DNA of 64,000 nucleotides, taken from an uncultured Rivularia sp. GTDB lineage: Bacteria; Cyanobacteriota; Cyanobacteriia; Cyanobacteriales; Nostocaceae. The notes under the pieces were generated by a model. It ran no database searches, was not told the DNA's origin, and was given only the letters and a program-made list of their open reading frames with translations. Both the position numbers and the translations under genes were made by a program. This document shows positions 1 through 9,995 of this stretch, in pieces. The stretch covers positions 5,440,001-5,504,000 of the forward strand of contig OY762007.1 of NCBI GenBank assembly GCA_963665115.1. Reading direction: 5' to 3'. Numbering within the stretch: position 1 is the first letter of the stretch; each line of letters opens with the position of its first letter.

Positions 1-584
1 GTTCTGGTAAGTCTACTGCTATGAATATTATCGGCTGTTTGGATCGTCCCAGTTCAGGAAGTTATTATTTAGATACTGTGGATGTGGCGCAAATGGATGA
101 TGCCCAATTAGCACATATTCGTAATCGAAAATTAGGTTTTGTTTTCCAGCAATTCCACCTGTTACAGCAGCTTTCAGCATTAGAAAACGTCATGCTACCA
201 ATGCTTTACGCTGGCGTAGCTAATTCTGAAAGACGAGATAGAGGAATTGAAGCTTTAAAAAAAGTTGGTTTAGAAAACCGCGTCAATAACAAACCAAATC
301 AACTGTCAGGGGGACAACAGCAACGAGTGGCGATCGCCCGTGCTATTGTGAATCGTCCCGTTGTACTTTTAGCCGACGAACCTACTGGCGCACTTGATTC
401 TAAAACAACTCAAGAAGTACTAGATATTTTTACCGAGCTTAATTCTACAGGAATTACCGTAGTGATGGTAACTCACGAGCCAGAAGTTGCACGTCAAACA
501 CAGCGTATTGTTTGGTTTCGCGATGGCGAAGTTATACACTCAAATTTAACTGCTGATGATTTGAATACTGTTGCAGTTTCTTAA
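1..584 (+). CDS. ABC transporter ATP-binding protein (LolD/MacB/DevA type), 5'-truncated by window edge
   Basis: The frame is open from the window start (SGKSTAM, Walker A tail). It has the [14 protein letters not shown] signature, the [11 protein letters not shown]alker B and the VTHE H-loop. Confidence 0.9.
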   Translation, partial: SGKSTAMNIIGCLDRPSSGSYYLDTVDVAQMDDAQLAHIRNRKLGFVFQQFHLLQQLSALENVMLPMLYAGVANSERRDRGIEALKKVGLENRVNNKPNQLSGGQQQRVAIARAIVNRPVVLLADEPTGALDSKTTQEVLDIFTELNSTGITVVMVTHEPEVARQTQRIVWFRDGEVIHSNLTADDLNTVAVS

Positions 585-586
585 TC

Positions 587-617
587 AGGTCAAAGGTTAA
601 AGGTTAAAGGTTAAAAA
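587..617 (+). repeat. Heptameric STRR (AAAGGTT/AAAGGTC)n
   Basis: Tandem 7-mers just after the ABC gene stop. The reverse-complement unit recurs near 17922-17946 and 19735-19757. Confidence 0.75.
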
Positions 618-653
618 TTAGGGACAATCAAAAAATAATTTATTCAATAAGGG

Positions 654-703
654 TAGTGGGAGCATCTTGCTCCCTAGCCCGAGGGAGCAAGATGCTCCCA
701 CTA
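654..703. repeat. Palindromic small dispersed repeat (22-bp perfect stem); probable bidirectional terminator
   Basis: TAGTGGGAGCATCTTGCTCCCT-6nt-AGGGAGCAAGATGCTCCCACTA lies between convergent genes. Related copies occur at 58969-59020, 49606-49628, 10981-11003 and 24936-25151. Confidence 0.85.
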
Positions 704-771
704 GAAAATAGTTATGTTTCTATAATTTTTGAAATAACTAATTCCCATGCCCAATGCCCAATGCCCAATTC

Positions 772-1410
772 TCAACCAAAATTTTTAACAATTTCCACCA
801 ACTCTCGGGGATGATGAATTAAAAAATCTGGATTCTCTTTGGTTAATGCTGCTTCGGAATTAAAACCCCAAGTAACGCTAACTATTTTGATTTGAGATTT
901 TTTCGAGGCTTCGATATCTCTGGTTTCATCCCCTACATATATGACTTCTTGAGTTTTGATCTGTTTTTGTCTCAATATATTGTTAATTATTTTGGTTTTG
1001 CCAAAAATTGTGACTCCAGGATGAACAAACTCAAAAAGGTTATCTAAATTATTTACTTTCAGAAACTCTTTGACGTTATCTTTAGAATTGGAAGTTACGA
1101 TACCTAATCTATTTCCATCGTTTTTGAGTTCTGTTAAAGCTTGCGGAATTCCCTGAATCGGTTTTAGTTCAGGAATTTTATTCTTTAACTCTCTCTTAAC
1201 CTTTTTGAGTAGAAAAGGCATTTTAAATAAAGGAATCCCAGAATACTTAAATATTTCTCTAGAAGTTAAATTTTTAAGGATTACGAATTCTTCTGAAGTA
1301 ATTTGGGCGTAATTAAATTCTACAGCTAAATTATTAGCAATACTTACTAGCGCATCTACTGTATCCGCGATTGTGCCATCAAAATCAAAAATAATTACTT
1401 TCTGGATCAT
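772..1410 (-). CDS. HAD-superfamily hydrolase (phosphoglycolate phosphatase-like)
   Basis: Motif I FDFDGT, motif II VTSN, motif IV YVGDETRD. Confidence 0.85.
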   Translation of the reverse strand: MIQKVIIFDFDGTIADTVDALVSIANNLAVEFNYAQITSEEFVILKNLTSREIFKYSGIPLFKMPFLLKKVKRELKNKIPELKPIQGIPQALTELKNDGNRLGIVTSNSKDNVKEFLKVNNLDNLFEFVHPGVTIFGKTKIINNILRQKQIKTQEVIYVGDETRDIEASKKSQIKIVSVTWGFNSEAALTKENPDFLIHHPRELVEIVKNFG

Positions 1411-1555
1411 TCAATTTTGGATTTTGGATTCTAGATTTTGAATTAACCTTATGTCTAAAGCTAAGGGCTTGAAAAAACAATAAAAATAATTATTTTTTCT
1501 ATATATAAACCCTGTTAATAGGCAACCTTTAACTTACTTACTAAAAGCTCGGGGG

Positions 1556-2524
1556 TTATAACCGATTAGTAGTTGATGTGGGTTGACGCGATGCTTCAAG
1601 ATTAGCACGGGCATTCCTTCGTAACATTTGTGGCTTAATTCGCCGTAATGCCGATGCCGGAAATTGTTTGTCCCACTCTTCATCTGTGATTCTGGCTAAT
1701 TCTATCAGCTTGGGAGCAATATTCCCAGAGTAAGGTTGAAATTCTTGCACGTCAGTAGGATTCGCAAAACGTTGATTCCAAGGGCAAACGTCTTGACAAA
1801 TATCGCAACCTGCCACCCAACCTTCTAACTTGGGTGCAATATTTTCAGGTAATTCATCATCGCGATTTTCAATAGTATGATAAGCAATGCAGCGATTGGC
1901 ATCTACTACAAATGGTTGTCTAATTGCATCGGTGGGACAACTTTCAATACATTTAGTACAGCTTCCGCAATGCTGGGTATGGGGAGTGTCGGGAGTTAAT
2001 TCCAAATTTGTGAGAATTTCTGCCAAAAATACCCAAGAGCCGTATTCTCTTGTAATTACATTCCCATTTTTAGCAATCCAACCGATCCCCGCTTGCTGTG
2101 CCCAAACTTTATCTTGAATTGGTGCTGTATCTATATAATGTCTAGTTTTTATTTCTTCACCGAATGACTGCAACCAAATTGAAAAAGCTTTCAATTTTTT
2201 CTGCACAATTTTGTGATAATCCCTTCCCCATGCATACCGAGAAATTTTTCCGTATTCTTTTTCTTGGGGACGTTGATGCTCTGTATAGTAATTTAAGGCG
2301 ACACAAATTAGCGATCGCACTTCTGGCATAACTAATTTTATATTTTGACGCTTGGGATTTCGCATCCATTCCATGTCGGCATGATACCCCAGCGCTAACC
2401 ATGATTGTAATCCTTGCACTTGAGTCTCTGTATCATTTACAGCTGCTATACCAACTTTATGGAACCCCAAATATAGCGCTTTTTCTTTAATTTGTATGCT
2501 GCTTAAGGAGGATGATTGATTCAT
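1556..2524 (-). CDS. queG: tRNA epoxyqueuosine(34) reductase
   Basis: ISRYAWGRDYH, AGIGWIAKN, and the two Fe-S motifs CGSCTKCIESCPT and GCDICQDVCPWN. Confidence 0.93.
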   Translation of the reverse strand: MNQSSSLSSIQIKEKALYLGFHKVGIAAVNDTETQVQGLQSWLALGYHADMEWMRNPKRQNIKLVMPEVRSLICVALNYYTEHQRPQEKEYGKISRYAWGRDYHKIVQKKLKAFSIWLQSFGEEIKTRHYIDTAPIQDKVWAQQAGIGWIAKNGNVITREYGSWVFLAEILTNLELTPDTPHTQHCGSCTKCIESCPTDAIRQPFVVDANRCIAYHTIENRDDELPENIAPKLEGWVAGCDICQDVCPWNQRFANPTDVQEFQPYSGNIAPKLIELARITDEEWDKQFPASALRRIKPQMLRRNARANLEASRQPTSTTNRL

Positions 2525-2733
2525 TTATCTTATTTTAAGATTTGCCCGAAAACGGCACCCCTATCATATACCGCTATTATGATCCCCAGTTTTAAAATTG
2601 CAAATCGATTCATATGTAAATATTATTTGCAATTTGTAAAGTTTCTATGCACAATTACAAGTGGAAGGTAAAGCAACATACAAACACACCTTCCGAATGT
2701 GAATAGTTCGCTACAAAATTTACCGTCCAACAA

Positions 2734-3264
2734 ATGGTGCCTGATATGACTTTCTCTACAGATTCAATAAAGAACGGTTTTTCCAACGCTTTCGACTACG
2801 ACACTAAGTTGATTGATGCGGTAAATTCCACCGTGAATGTATTCAAAAGCCTTTCGGTAGACGATCAATTAGCAGTGTTGTGGTTTGCATATACCGAAAT
2901 GGGACGTTCGATTACTCCTGCTGCTACAGGTGCAGCACGCTTGCAGTTAGCTGAAGGTTTGCTTTCACAAATCAAGCAATTGTCTCACGGCGAACAGTTA
3001 CAGGCTATGCGCGATTTAGCTGCAAAAAATAACACTCAAATTTCTCGCTCTTACGGTATTCTCAGCGCAAACACAAAGTTAGCTTTCTGGTATGAATTAT
3101 CAGAATTGATGGTTAAAGGCTTAGTTGTGCCAATGCCATGCAATTATCAATTGTCTCGCGATGGCTCACAAGTATTGGAAGCTGTTAAGGAACTTGATTT
3201 TGGTCAACAAATTACAGTTCTTCGCAAGATTGTTACCGATATGGGCGTTGATTCTTTAGCGTAA
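2734..3264 (+). CDS. Helical carotenoid protein (orange carotenoid protein N-terminal-domain homolog, HCP)
   Basis: LSVDDQLAVLWFAYTEMGRSITPAA, NTKLAFWYEL and LDFGQQITVLR match OCP-NTD repeats. There is no C-terminal domain. The start may be 2746. Confidence 0.88.
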   Translation: MVPDMTFSTDSIKNGFSNAFDYDTKLIDAVNSTVNVFKSLSVDDQLAVLWFAYTEMGRSITPAATGAARLQLAEGLLSQIKQLSHGEQLQAMRDLAAKNNTQISRSYGILSANTKLAFWYELSELMVKGLVVPMPCNYQLSRDGSQVLEAVKELDFGQQITVLRKIVTDMGVDSLA

Positions 3265-3549
3265 TACCGCACCGCTATATTTTTCAATGCAGCTACAGGC
3301 ATATTTTTTAATCGTACTGCCTCAATCAAAACTTATTTCTTCTAGCTTAATACAACCGTAGATTGTGGGGTGGGAATTATTTTCCACCTTACAATAATTT
3401 TGGGGAACAGGGAATGCCGGATCTGGAAACATCTTTTTAATCCAAAATCCAAAATCCTGTTAGCGAATAGATTGCTTGCGTTATCTACCTATAGAAGTAG
3501 TTCGCTTAAAGTAGATTATCTCTCAAGCAGCTTTCGGAGTTGCTAGCAA

Positions 3550-3999
3550 ATGTATTCAAATAATCAAAATAAGCAATCGATACAGGAGATTTCATTTTGG
3601 CAGTACAATCGAAAGAATTTACCCAAATTAAAGGAATCAGCGAAACCAACGATACAAGAGTATTTTCAAAGTTTGAATGCAGGTGATTACGAAAAAACCG
3701 TTTCCTTATTTGCAGAAAACGGTGTAATGCATCCTCCATTTGAATCTGGAATTGTGGGAAGAGATGCAATTTTGAGTTATTTAAACAAGGAAGCAATCGA
3801 TATTAAAGCTTGCCCTCGTGAAGGTACAAGCGAAACCTTAGAAGACAACCTCACCCAAATTAAAATTGCGGGTAAAGTTGAAACTCCTTGGTTTGCAGTA
3901 AATGTATCTTGGTTGTTTATCCTAAATGAATTTCAAATTTTGGATGTGAAAATTAAACTTTTGGCTTCTCCGCAAGAATTGCTTTCCTTACGAAGATAA
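3550..3999 (+). CDS. NTF2-like OCP C-terminal-domain homolog (CTDH/CCP)
   Basis: YFQSLNA, PPFESGIVGRDAILSYL, GKVETPWF and LLASPQELL match the OCP-CTD. It lies next to the HCP gene. Confidence 0.88.
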   Translation: MYSNNQNKQSIQEISFWQYNRKNLPKLKESAKPTIQEYFQSLNAGDYEKTVSLFAENGVMHPPFESGIVGRDAILSYLNKEAIDIKACPREGTSETLEDNLTQIKIAGKVETPWFAVNVSWLFILNEFQILDVKIKLLASPQELLSLRR

Positions 4000-4085
4000 A
4001 ATTCTCCAATCAACGAATAAATCAACGAAAATCAGCGGATATTAAATAGTATGAAACATAAGTTAGTGTCAACAATCATCAACTA

Positions 4086-4532
4086 TTAACTTTTGGTTGC
4101 TGTAGCTTGCTGTAGAGAACGTACTAATAATCTCCGCCCTAACTCTATACCAGAAGGAGCGCATTGCCAGTCGGGATGAGCAGTCATTAGTAAGCTATCT
4201 AAAGTCTCTTGGTCGAATAAATGCCAAACTGGGGCATTATCTACTTCTATTTCGATGGCGTAGCAGTTGCTGCTAATACAGTGAATTATACAACTGCTAG
4301 CAACTCTTTCTAAAGTCATTTGTTCGCCGGGTTGAAGCGAGCGAAATTGTTTCATTGCCTGCTTGATTTCATCCATAGAAGAAACCAATAGTCCGGGAAT
4401 AGCCACTATTAAACTACTTTCCCCATTGACTTTAATCCAATAATGACGGCTGGGATCTATTCCTTCTAACCAAGGTGACTCATCATCTAAACGGTAGCGC
4501 GGTGACAAACAGAACGAGGCTTTCATACGCAT
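4086..4532 (-). CDS. Hypothetical protein
   Basis: 148-aa ORF with protein-like composition, downstream of the partner-switching genes on the same strand. No motif recognised. Confidence 0.65.
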   Translation of the reverse strand: MRMKASFCLSPRYRLDDESPWLEGIDPSRHYWIKVNGESSLIVAIPGLLVSSMDEIKQAMKQFRSLQPGEQMTLERVASSCIIHCISSNCYAIEIEVDNAPVWHLFDQETLDSLLMTAHPDWQCAPSGIELGRRLLVRSLQQATATKS

Positions 4533-4910
4533 CGTTAATAATTTTGGTATTAGGGACTCAAATAATTTTTAGCTTTAGACACTTGGTAAAGTACGAGAAC
4601 CATTTTTAAGTATTTTTAAGTATTTTTAAATAATTTATTTATGGTCGCGCATATTTAGCAGTACCTAACTCTTAACTGGTGAATTACGACGGTGCAATTT
4701 ACCGACTTAAAGCAATTAGTCAAAAGTGCAGCCACTTTCCCATTATTTGATGATTCCCAGACATAAATCAAACAAATTTAGTAAAAGTTATCATTTTAAT
4801 AAACTATTGTTAACTTAAGTGATTATTAGTGCTTACGCAAAACTCCCTAATTCCGAAGCGAAGTTAGGGGATTTGAGTATATATTTTATTGTGACGTTGA
4901 AAATTATGTT

Positions 4911-4966
4911 TTTAGTCCTCTTGAGAGGACTTTTACTGTTAGACAGGGACTTATAGCCCCTGACGG
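4911..4966. repeat. REP-like double-hairpin repeat
   Basis: AGTCCTCTTGAGAGGACT followed by CAGGGACTTATAGCCCCTG forms two short palindromes in intergenic DNA. Confidence 0.45.
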
Positions 4967-5095
4967 ATGGGAAAGCAGCCAAAAAACTTGTACAACTTAT
5001 TTGTCTTCAGATTTTAGAATTTAATTGGTGTAACACTTAGTATTCTAAAGGGGTTTTTTAAATTAAGGTGTAAGAGCGAACAGTAGTTTAACCAA

Positions 5096-5539
5096 TCAAT
5101 TGTTAACTTTCTGTTGTTGTGCTGTTTCTGGCAAACTAGCTTCTAATTTGAGACAATTACCGCCATCTACCTGTAGTTCGTACTCAACCTTGTCCATCAA
5201 ACGGTTCATAATCAACCAACCATAGCCTCCTTCTTGTTTTTCTACAGGAGAAGGAGGAAAGTAAGTTGACATATCATAACCTTCACCTTTGTCCCAAACT
5301 TCTAAAGCTAAATCCCTTTGTTTTAGTTCCAAGCGAATCAAAATGGGAACTTGAGGTTGTTCCTTGTGAGCGTGACGGACTACATTCGAGTATGCTTCGA
5401 CTAAAACTAAGCGCAAACGATTTGATTGTCGCTTCCAATCAACCGATTCTCCTAATTCTGCTTGTAAGCATCCAAGTAGCCAGTCTTCTACAAGATTTAA
5501 ATACTTCAAGTCACTTGGTACGTGAAGCTCGCTTTTCAT
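5096..5539 (-). CDS. Anti-sigma regulatory factor / Ser-Thr kinase (RsbW/SpoIIAB-like HATPase)
   Basis: N-box LVEAYSNVVRHA, G1 EVWDKGEG, G2 EGGYGWLIMNRLMD. Confidence 0.88.
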   Translation of the reverse strand: MKSELHVPSDLKYLNLVEDWLLGCLQAELGESVDWKRQSNRLRLVLVEAYSNVVRHAHKEQPQVPILIRLELKQRDLALEVWDKGEGYDMSTYFPPSPVEKQEGGYGWLIMNRLMDKVEYELQVDGGNCLKLEASLPETAQQQKVNN

Positions 5540-5542
5540 TAT

Positions 5543-7216
5543 TTATAAAACCTCTAGTGAAAGTATAGTTTGATCGTCCTCTTGAACTTCGGTATCAATA
5601 TGGATACGACTGAGTAATTTATTCAGGCTAAGTGGTTTTTCTTGCTCGAGTAATAATTGCCAAAGTCCTTCTTGGTTAAGCATAGAGCGCGTCAGCGATT
5701 CAATACCATCTGACGAAGAGTTACACAGATCAGTTTTCATTGAAACTTGAGCTTCAGTAATTCCATCACTTGCAAGCAGCAAAGTATCTGACTGAGCAAG
5801 AACCCATTCTCCAGCGTTTGCTTTCCAATCCGGTAATATACCCAAAGGAATTCCACGAGTTTTCAGAAATGATGGTTCTTCTAGTTTTGAATCTTTCTGG
5901 GAACAGACTATTGGATAAATATGACCGGCGTTAGCATATACTAGCTGTCCAGTAGTGGGAGAATATCGAGCTAATACCATAGTAATAAAGTAATTATTAC
6001 TAACGAGGTCATCACCTAAAGCCTCGTTTAAATTTTTCATGACGATATTTGGCATTGCAGGTGTTTCTTGAGATAATTCCCGACGCAGCACCGATATTGC
6101 ACTAGCCATAAACAGTGCAGCAGGAACGCCCTTACCGGAAACATCACCCACAGCCAACCATAAATCGCCCTTGGGATGAACGAAAACTTCAAAGAAATCT
6201 CCCCCTACTTCCCGAGCGGGGTAGCAGCAAGCTTGTACTTTTACTCCTTCTATTTCTGGTAAACTTTGCCGTAATAAATTGTGCTGAATTTGGCGAGCAA
6301 CTTCTAATTCAGCATGAATCTGTTCTTGCTTTTGCTGGAGACGTTGATAAAGTTTTGCCTGAGAAAGAGCTAACGCAGCTTGTTCGGCAACACCGGAAAT
6401 TAATTCAATATCTTCATCCTGCCAATTGCGCTCGCCATGTTGCTGATGAAGAACAAGTATTGCTTGTAAATGTTGTTGATAAATTAGCGGTACTGCTAGT
6501 TGCTGAAATTCCCCGTCATCTGAAGTAAATTGAGCTACTTCATAATTACGACTAGCGAGAACTTTTTCCATTAAAGAAGTAGGATTAAAGCTGCAATTTT
6601 CGGCATCAGTATTATCACTGCTATAGAAGAATTCATCTAGTGCTAATTGTTCATTTTCAATCGGTCTGAGTATACAACAAGCCGCTGCAAAAGTTTCTCC
6701 AATTGTTGCCACAATTTTTTGCAGCATACTGCGGTAATCTAAAGATTCCCGAATCGCTGTTGTGACTGCATTAACTAAGGATTCTCGCCGCAGAGAACGA
6801 CGTAAACTAAAAGTTCTTTTTTTTACTAATCGATAAGTTTGGGTAGCTTGTTCGACTAGGGAGCGGAGTTGATCTGGCTTCCAAGGTTTGGTAATGTACC
6901 TAAAGACTTGACCTGAGTTAATCGCTTCAACTAAATCTTCGACATCGGTAAAACCTGTAAGCAGAATCCGAATTGTATCTGGAAAAGGCTCTACAGTCAG
7001 ACCGAAAAATTCAGTCCCGTTCATCTCTGGCATTCGTTGGTCAGAGATAATCACAGCCATTTCGCCTTCTTTGTCTAAAATTTCAAGGGCAGTACGAGCA
7101 TCACTAGCCTTAAATACTTTAAAATCTCGCCTAAAAGTGCGGTAAAGTAAATCTAGATTATCTAGCTCATCATCTACCACCATCAATTTGAGTTTGCCTG
7201 CCTCAATCTCGGTCAT
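5543..7216 (-). CDS. REC-GAF-PP2C (SpoIIE/RsbU-like) phosphatase
   Basis: N-terminal receiver (VVDDE...ISDQRMP...KPW), a central GAF, and PP2C motifs VGGDFF, GDVSGKGVPAAL, ASDGITEA and EDDQT. Confidence 0.92.
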   Translation of the reverse strand: MTEIEAGKLKLMVVDDELDNLDLLYRTFRRDFKVFKASDARTALEILDKEGEMAVIISDQRMPEMNGTEFFGLTVEPFPDTIRILLTGFTDVEDLVEAINSGQVFRYITKPWKPDQLRSLVEQATQTYRLVKKRTFSLRRSLRRESLVNAVTTAIRESLDYRSMLQKIVATIGETFAAACCILRPIENEQLALDEFFYSSDNTDAENCSFNPTSLMEKVLASRNYEVAQFTSDDGEFQQLAVPLIYQQHLQAILVLHQQHGERNWQDEDIELISGVAEQAALALSQAKLYQRLQQKQEQIHAELEVARQIQHNLLRQSLPEIEGVKVQACCYPAREVGGDFFEVFVHPKGDLWLAVGDVSGKGVPAALFMASAISVLRRELSQETPAMPNIVMKNLNEALGDDLVSNNYFITMVLARYSPTTGQLVYANAGHIYPIVCSQKDSKLEEPSFLKTRGIPLGILPDWKANAGEWVLAQSDTLLLASDGITEAQVSMKTDLCNSSSDGIESLTRSMLNQEGLWQLLLEQEKPLSLNKLLSRIHIDTEVQEDDQTILSLEVL

Positions 7217-7416
7217 AGTTGACTTTTATTTTTATATATTTTTCCAAGGCAAGGAGGTATAATTTTGATTAAATTCATCTTGCCTGTTATACCAGTTGGG
7301 AACAAAAAGGTAGTTATTAACACCTCTCCACAGTCCTAACACAAAATTAAAAAAATGTAATTTTTTTATCTCGGTCGAATCTCCTTATATATACTTAGAC
7401 GATATTAAAGAAAAAG

Positions 7417-8133
7417 CTACCCTACCAATCCGGAACGTAAAGCACGGACAGCTGCTTGAGTGCGATCGTCGGCGCATAATTTGTTCAAAATATTACGAAC
7501 GTGAGTTTTCACAGTTCCCACTGTAATGTAGAGTCTTTCGGCAATAATCGCGTTACTACAGCCTTCTACAATTAGCTGCAATACTTCTAATTCTCTTTCG
7601 GTAAGAGTATAAGGTTCAATCGTATCTTCATTATCCTTCGCTTTGCCAAACTCAGATTTTTCCGCAAATTGATTAGTTCCCGACGCTGACTGAGATGTCG
7701 GTGGATTTTCTTGCGCTTGCTGCAACACAATGCGGGCGATCGCCGGGTCAATCCAAGCATTACCATTGTGAGTATGGCGCACCGCTTCAAGCAAGTTATC
7801 GTATTTGTCCTTCATGCAATAAGAATCTGCACCAGCCGCGAAAGCTGCAAGTACTGCTTCTTTACTATCGCGTAAAGTTAAAATCAAAATTTTAGTTAAC
7901 AATCCTGGTGCTATTGATTTGGCTTCTCGGGTTAATTCAATGCCATCTTTGTCAGGTAAACCGATATCTACGATTGCTACATCTGGTTGCAACGTTTTTA
8001 ATATTTGTAGTCCGTCGTTTGCATTAGCAGCTTCTCCTACTATTTCAAAATCAACATTACGCTGTAATGCCGTCCGAATACCCAAACGAGTTAGATCGTG
8101 ATCTTCAATTAAAGCAACGCGAATTTTAGTCAT
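7417..8133 (-). CDS. NarL/LuxR-family response regulator
   Basis: Receiver domain (IEDHD, DIGLPDKDG) plus a LuxR HTH (LTERELEVL...TVKTHVRNILNKL). Confidence 0.93.
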   Translation of the reverse strand: MTKIRVALIEDHDLTRLGIRTALQRNVDFEIVGEAANANDGLQILKTLQPDVAIVDIGLPDKDGIELTREAKSIAPGLLTKILILTLRDSKEAVLAAFAAGADSYCMKDKYDNLLEAVRHTHNGNAWIDPAIARIVLQQAQENPPTSQSASGTNQFAEKSEFGKAKDNEDTIEPYTLTERELEVLQLIVEGCSNAIIAERLYITVGTVKTHVRNILNKLCADDRTQAAVRALRSGLVG

Positions 8134-8845
8134 GATAAATTTTTGCCCATTAAACTATTAACTGTAAAATTGAGTTTACTAAAAAGTCTATTAAGATACA
8201 GTTTCCTTAATATCTGTACGATTGATGCCATAAAACTCACCTTCGACGATTGATATATTATTGATGTTGGTATTTATAACCCATTATTACAAACGCTATA
8301 TTTATACAATTTGATTTAGTTACGCCTCATTTAACAGCATCGAATGCAAGAAGAGAGTCTAAATAATATAGAATCAATCGGATGCGAGTTAATTAGCGAC
8401 AATACCCCTGAGTGGTTAATATTACCATTACAACCGTATTTGTGTCTTAAAAGATTTAGGCTAGCGGGTCAACTAAAATATATTTCTATTAATTTTTTGA
8501 CCTCCTTTGTTAAAAGTATACTGGCGTTTTGAAAGATGCCGTCAGTTTGTTTGCAATTACTTGTTTGAAGATGTGTTTCTAAATGCTACTTAGAATACAA
8601 AGTTATAAAATAATTGATGAATTTTAAAACTTAAGTATTTCTAATTATTTTTTGCTTAAATAATATGTAGTAAGTTCGGCTACAAATTACTGTCAAAATA
8701 ATTAGCTTCGTTTGTCAATATCAGTATGTCGATCTTTGCAGCAATTGATGAGGCTGTAGCCAAAACTGCAACACAAACAATAAAGGAACAAATTTGATAA
8801 ACTAGCTTCTTAGTTGACTTGGTGTGAGGCGAATTTGGATTAAAC

Positions 8846-9595
8846 ATGATTAAACCGCCTAAAGAATTTTCGGTTTTAGGACTACCAATTCATGTAGCTA
8901 CGAATTACCCAGGCTACTTGTTAGAACGTTTGCAACTTCATATTGGAACTCATGTAGTTACGCTGAATGCAGAAATGACCATGCAAGCGGAATGTAATGA
9001 AACCCTTGCGACAATAATTAAAGCCGCCGACTTGGTAATTCCGGACGGGGCTGGGATAGTTTTATATTTACAATTGCTTTTAAAACAAGATGTGCGTCGA
9101 ATTCCAGGAATTGAACTTGCAGAGGCACTGTTACGCGAAATTGGGCAAAATTCTCCTGATTCAACGGTGTTTTTCTATGGAGGGAAGCCCGGTACAGCAG
9201 CAGCAGCAGCACAATTCTGGCAAGGACAAATACTTAATTTAAATATAGTAGGAACTTACTCGGGATATCATTCCCCAGAAGAAGAAGAACAATTACACTC
9301 CACTCTGGCTAAAATACAACCGCAAGTTATTTATGTCGGTTTGGGAGTACCGCGTCAAGAATTATGGATAAAGGAAAACCGTCATTTGTGTCCCCAAGCT
9401 ACTTGGGTTGGTGTGGGTGGAAGTTTTGATATTTGGTCAGGAGCCAAAACCCGTGCCCCTGCTTGGTTAGGCGACAACAATTTAGAATGGCTATATCGTC
9501 TTTATCAAGAACCTTGGCGATGGCGACGAATGTTAGCTTTACCAAAATTTGCCTTTAAAGCTTTGATTTACGGCATTAAAACCAAAGGAGCTTGA
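8846..9595 (+). CDS. WecB/TagA/CpsF-family glycosyltransferase
   Basis: VTLNAE, PDGAG, GLGVPRQE, GVGGSFD and RAP...LEWLYRL motifs. Confidence 0.92.
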   Translation: MIKPPKEFSVLGLPIHVATNYPGYLLERLQLHIGTHVVTLNAEMTMQAECNETLATIIKAADLVIPDGAGIVLYLQLLLKQDVRRIPGIELAEALLREIGQNSPDSTVFFYGGKPGTAAAAAQFWQGQILNLNIVGTYSGYHSPEEEEQLHSTLAKIQPQVIYVGLGVPRQELWIKENRHLCPQATWVGVGGSFDIWSGAKTRAPAWLGDNNLEWLYRLYQEPWRWRRMLALPKFAFKALIYGIKTKGA

Positions 9596-9599
9596 AGCT

Positions 9600-9696
9600 G
9601 GGGAAATTCTAAAAGTAGAGAGTAGAGAGTAGAAAATGGACGGTTGAGCAACCAGCCTTATGATAATAAGAGCGGAGGAAGGCAATTACTTACTAC
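9600..9696 (+). repeat. Left copy of ~95-bp inverted repeat flanking ftsE
   Basis: The 51-bp core 9627-9677 is the exact reverse complement of 11066-11116, and similarity extends on both sides. Confidence 0.9.
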
Positions 9697-9898
9697 TCCT
9701 AACTCCTAAATCCTAACTCCCTACTCTCTACTCCTAACTCTCTACTCCCTACTCCCTACTCCTAACTCTCTACTCCTAACTCCCTACTCCTAACTCTCTA
9801 CTCCCTACTCCCTACTCCCTACTCCCTACTCTCTACTCCCTACTCCTAACTCCCTACTCCTACTCCTAACTCCCTACTCCTAACTCCCTACTCCCTAA
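9690..9898 (+). repeat. STRR array (CTCCCTA/CTCCTAA/CTCTCTA)n, about 30 units
   Basis: Directly visible tandem heptamers. Confidence 0.95.
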
Positions 9899-9995
9899 TA
9901 TTTTCAATTTAATAAATAAACATTTGATATTCCCAGGCTCGCTCTGGGAATACTTATTTTGTATTCAATTTTGTATTTAATTTTCGTAAAGAGCG

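Noticed and set aside
2668..2681. NtcA-like GTA-N8-TAC upstream of the HCP gene
   Set aside because: A six-base match is frequent by chance in AT-rich DNA, and there is no convincing -10 at the canonical spacing.
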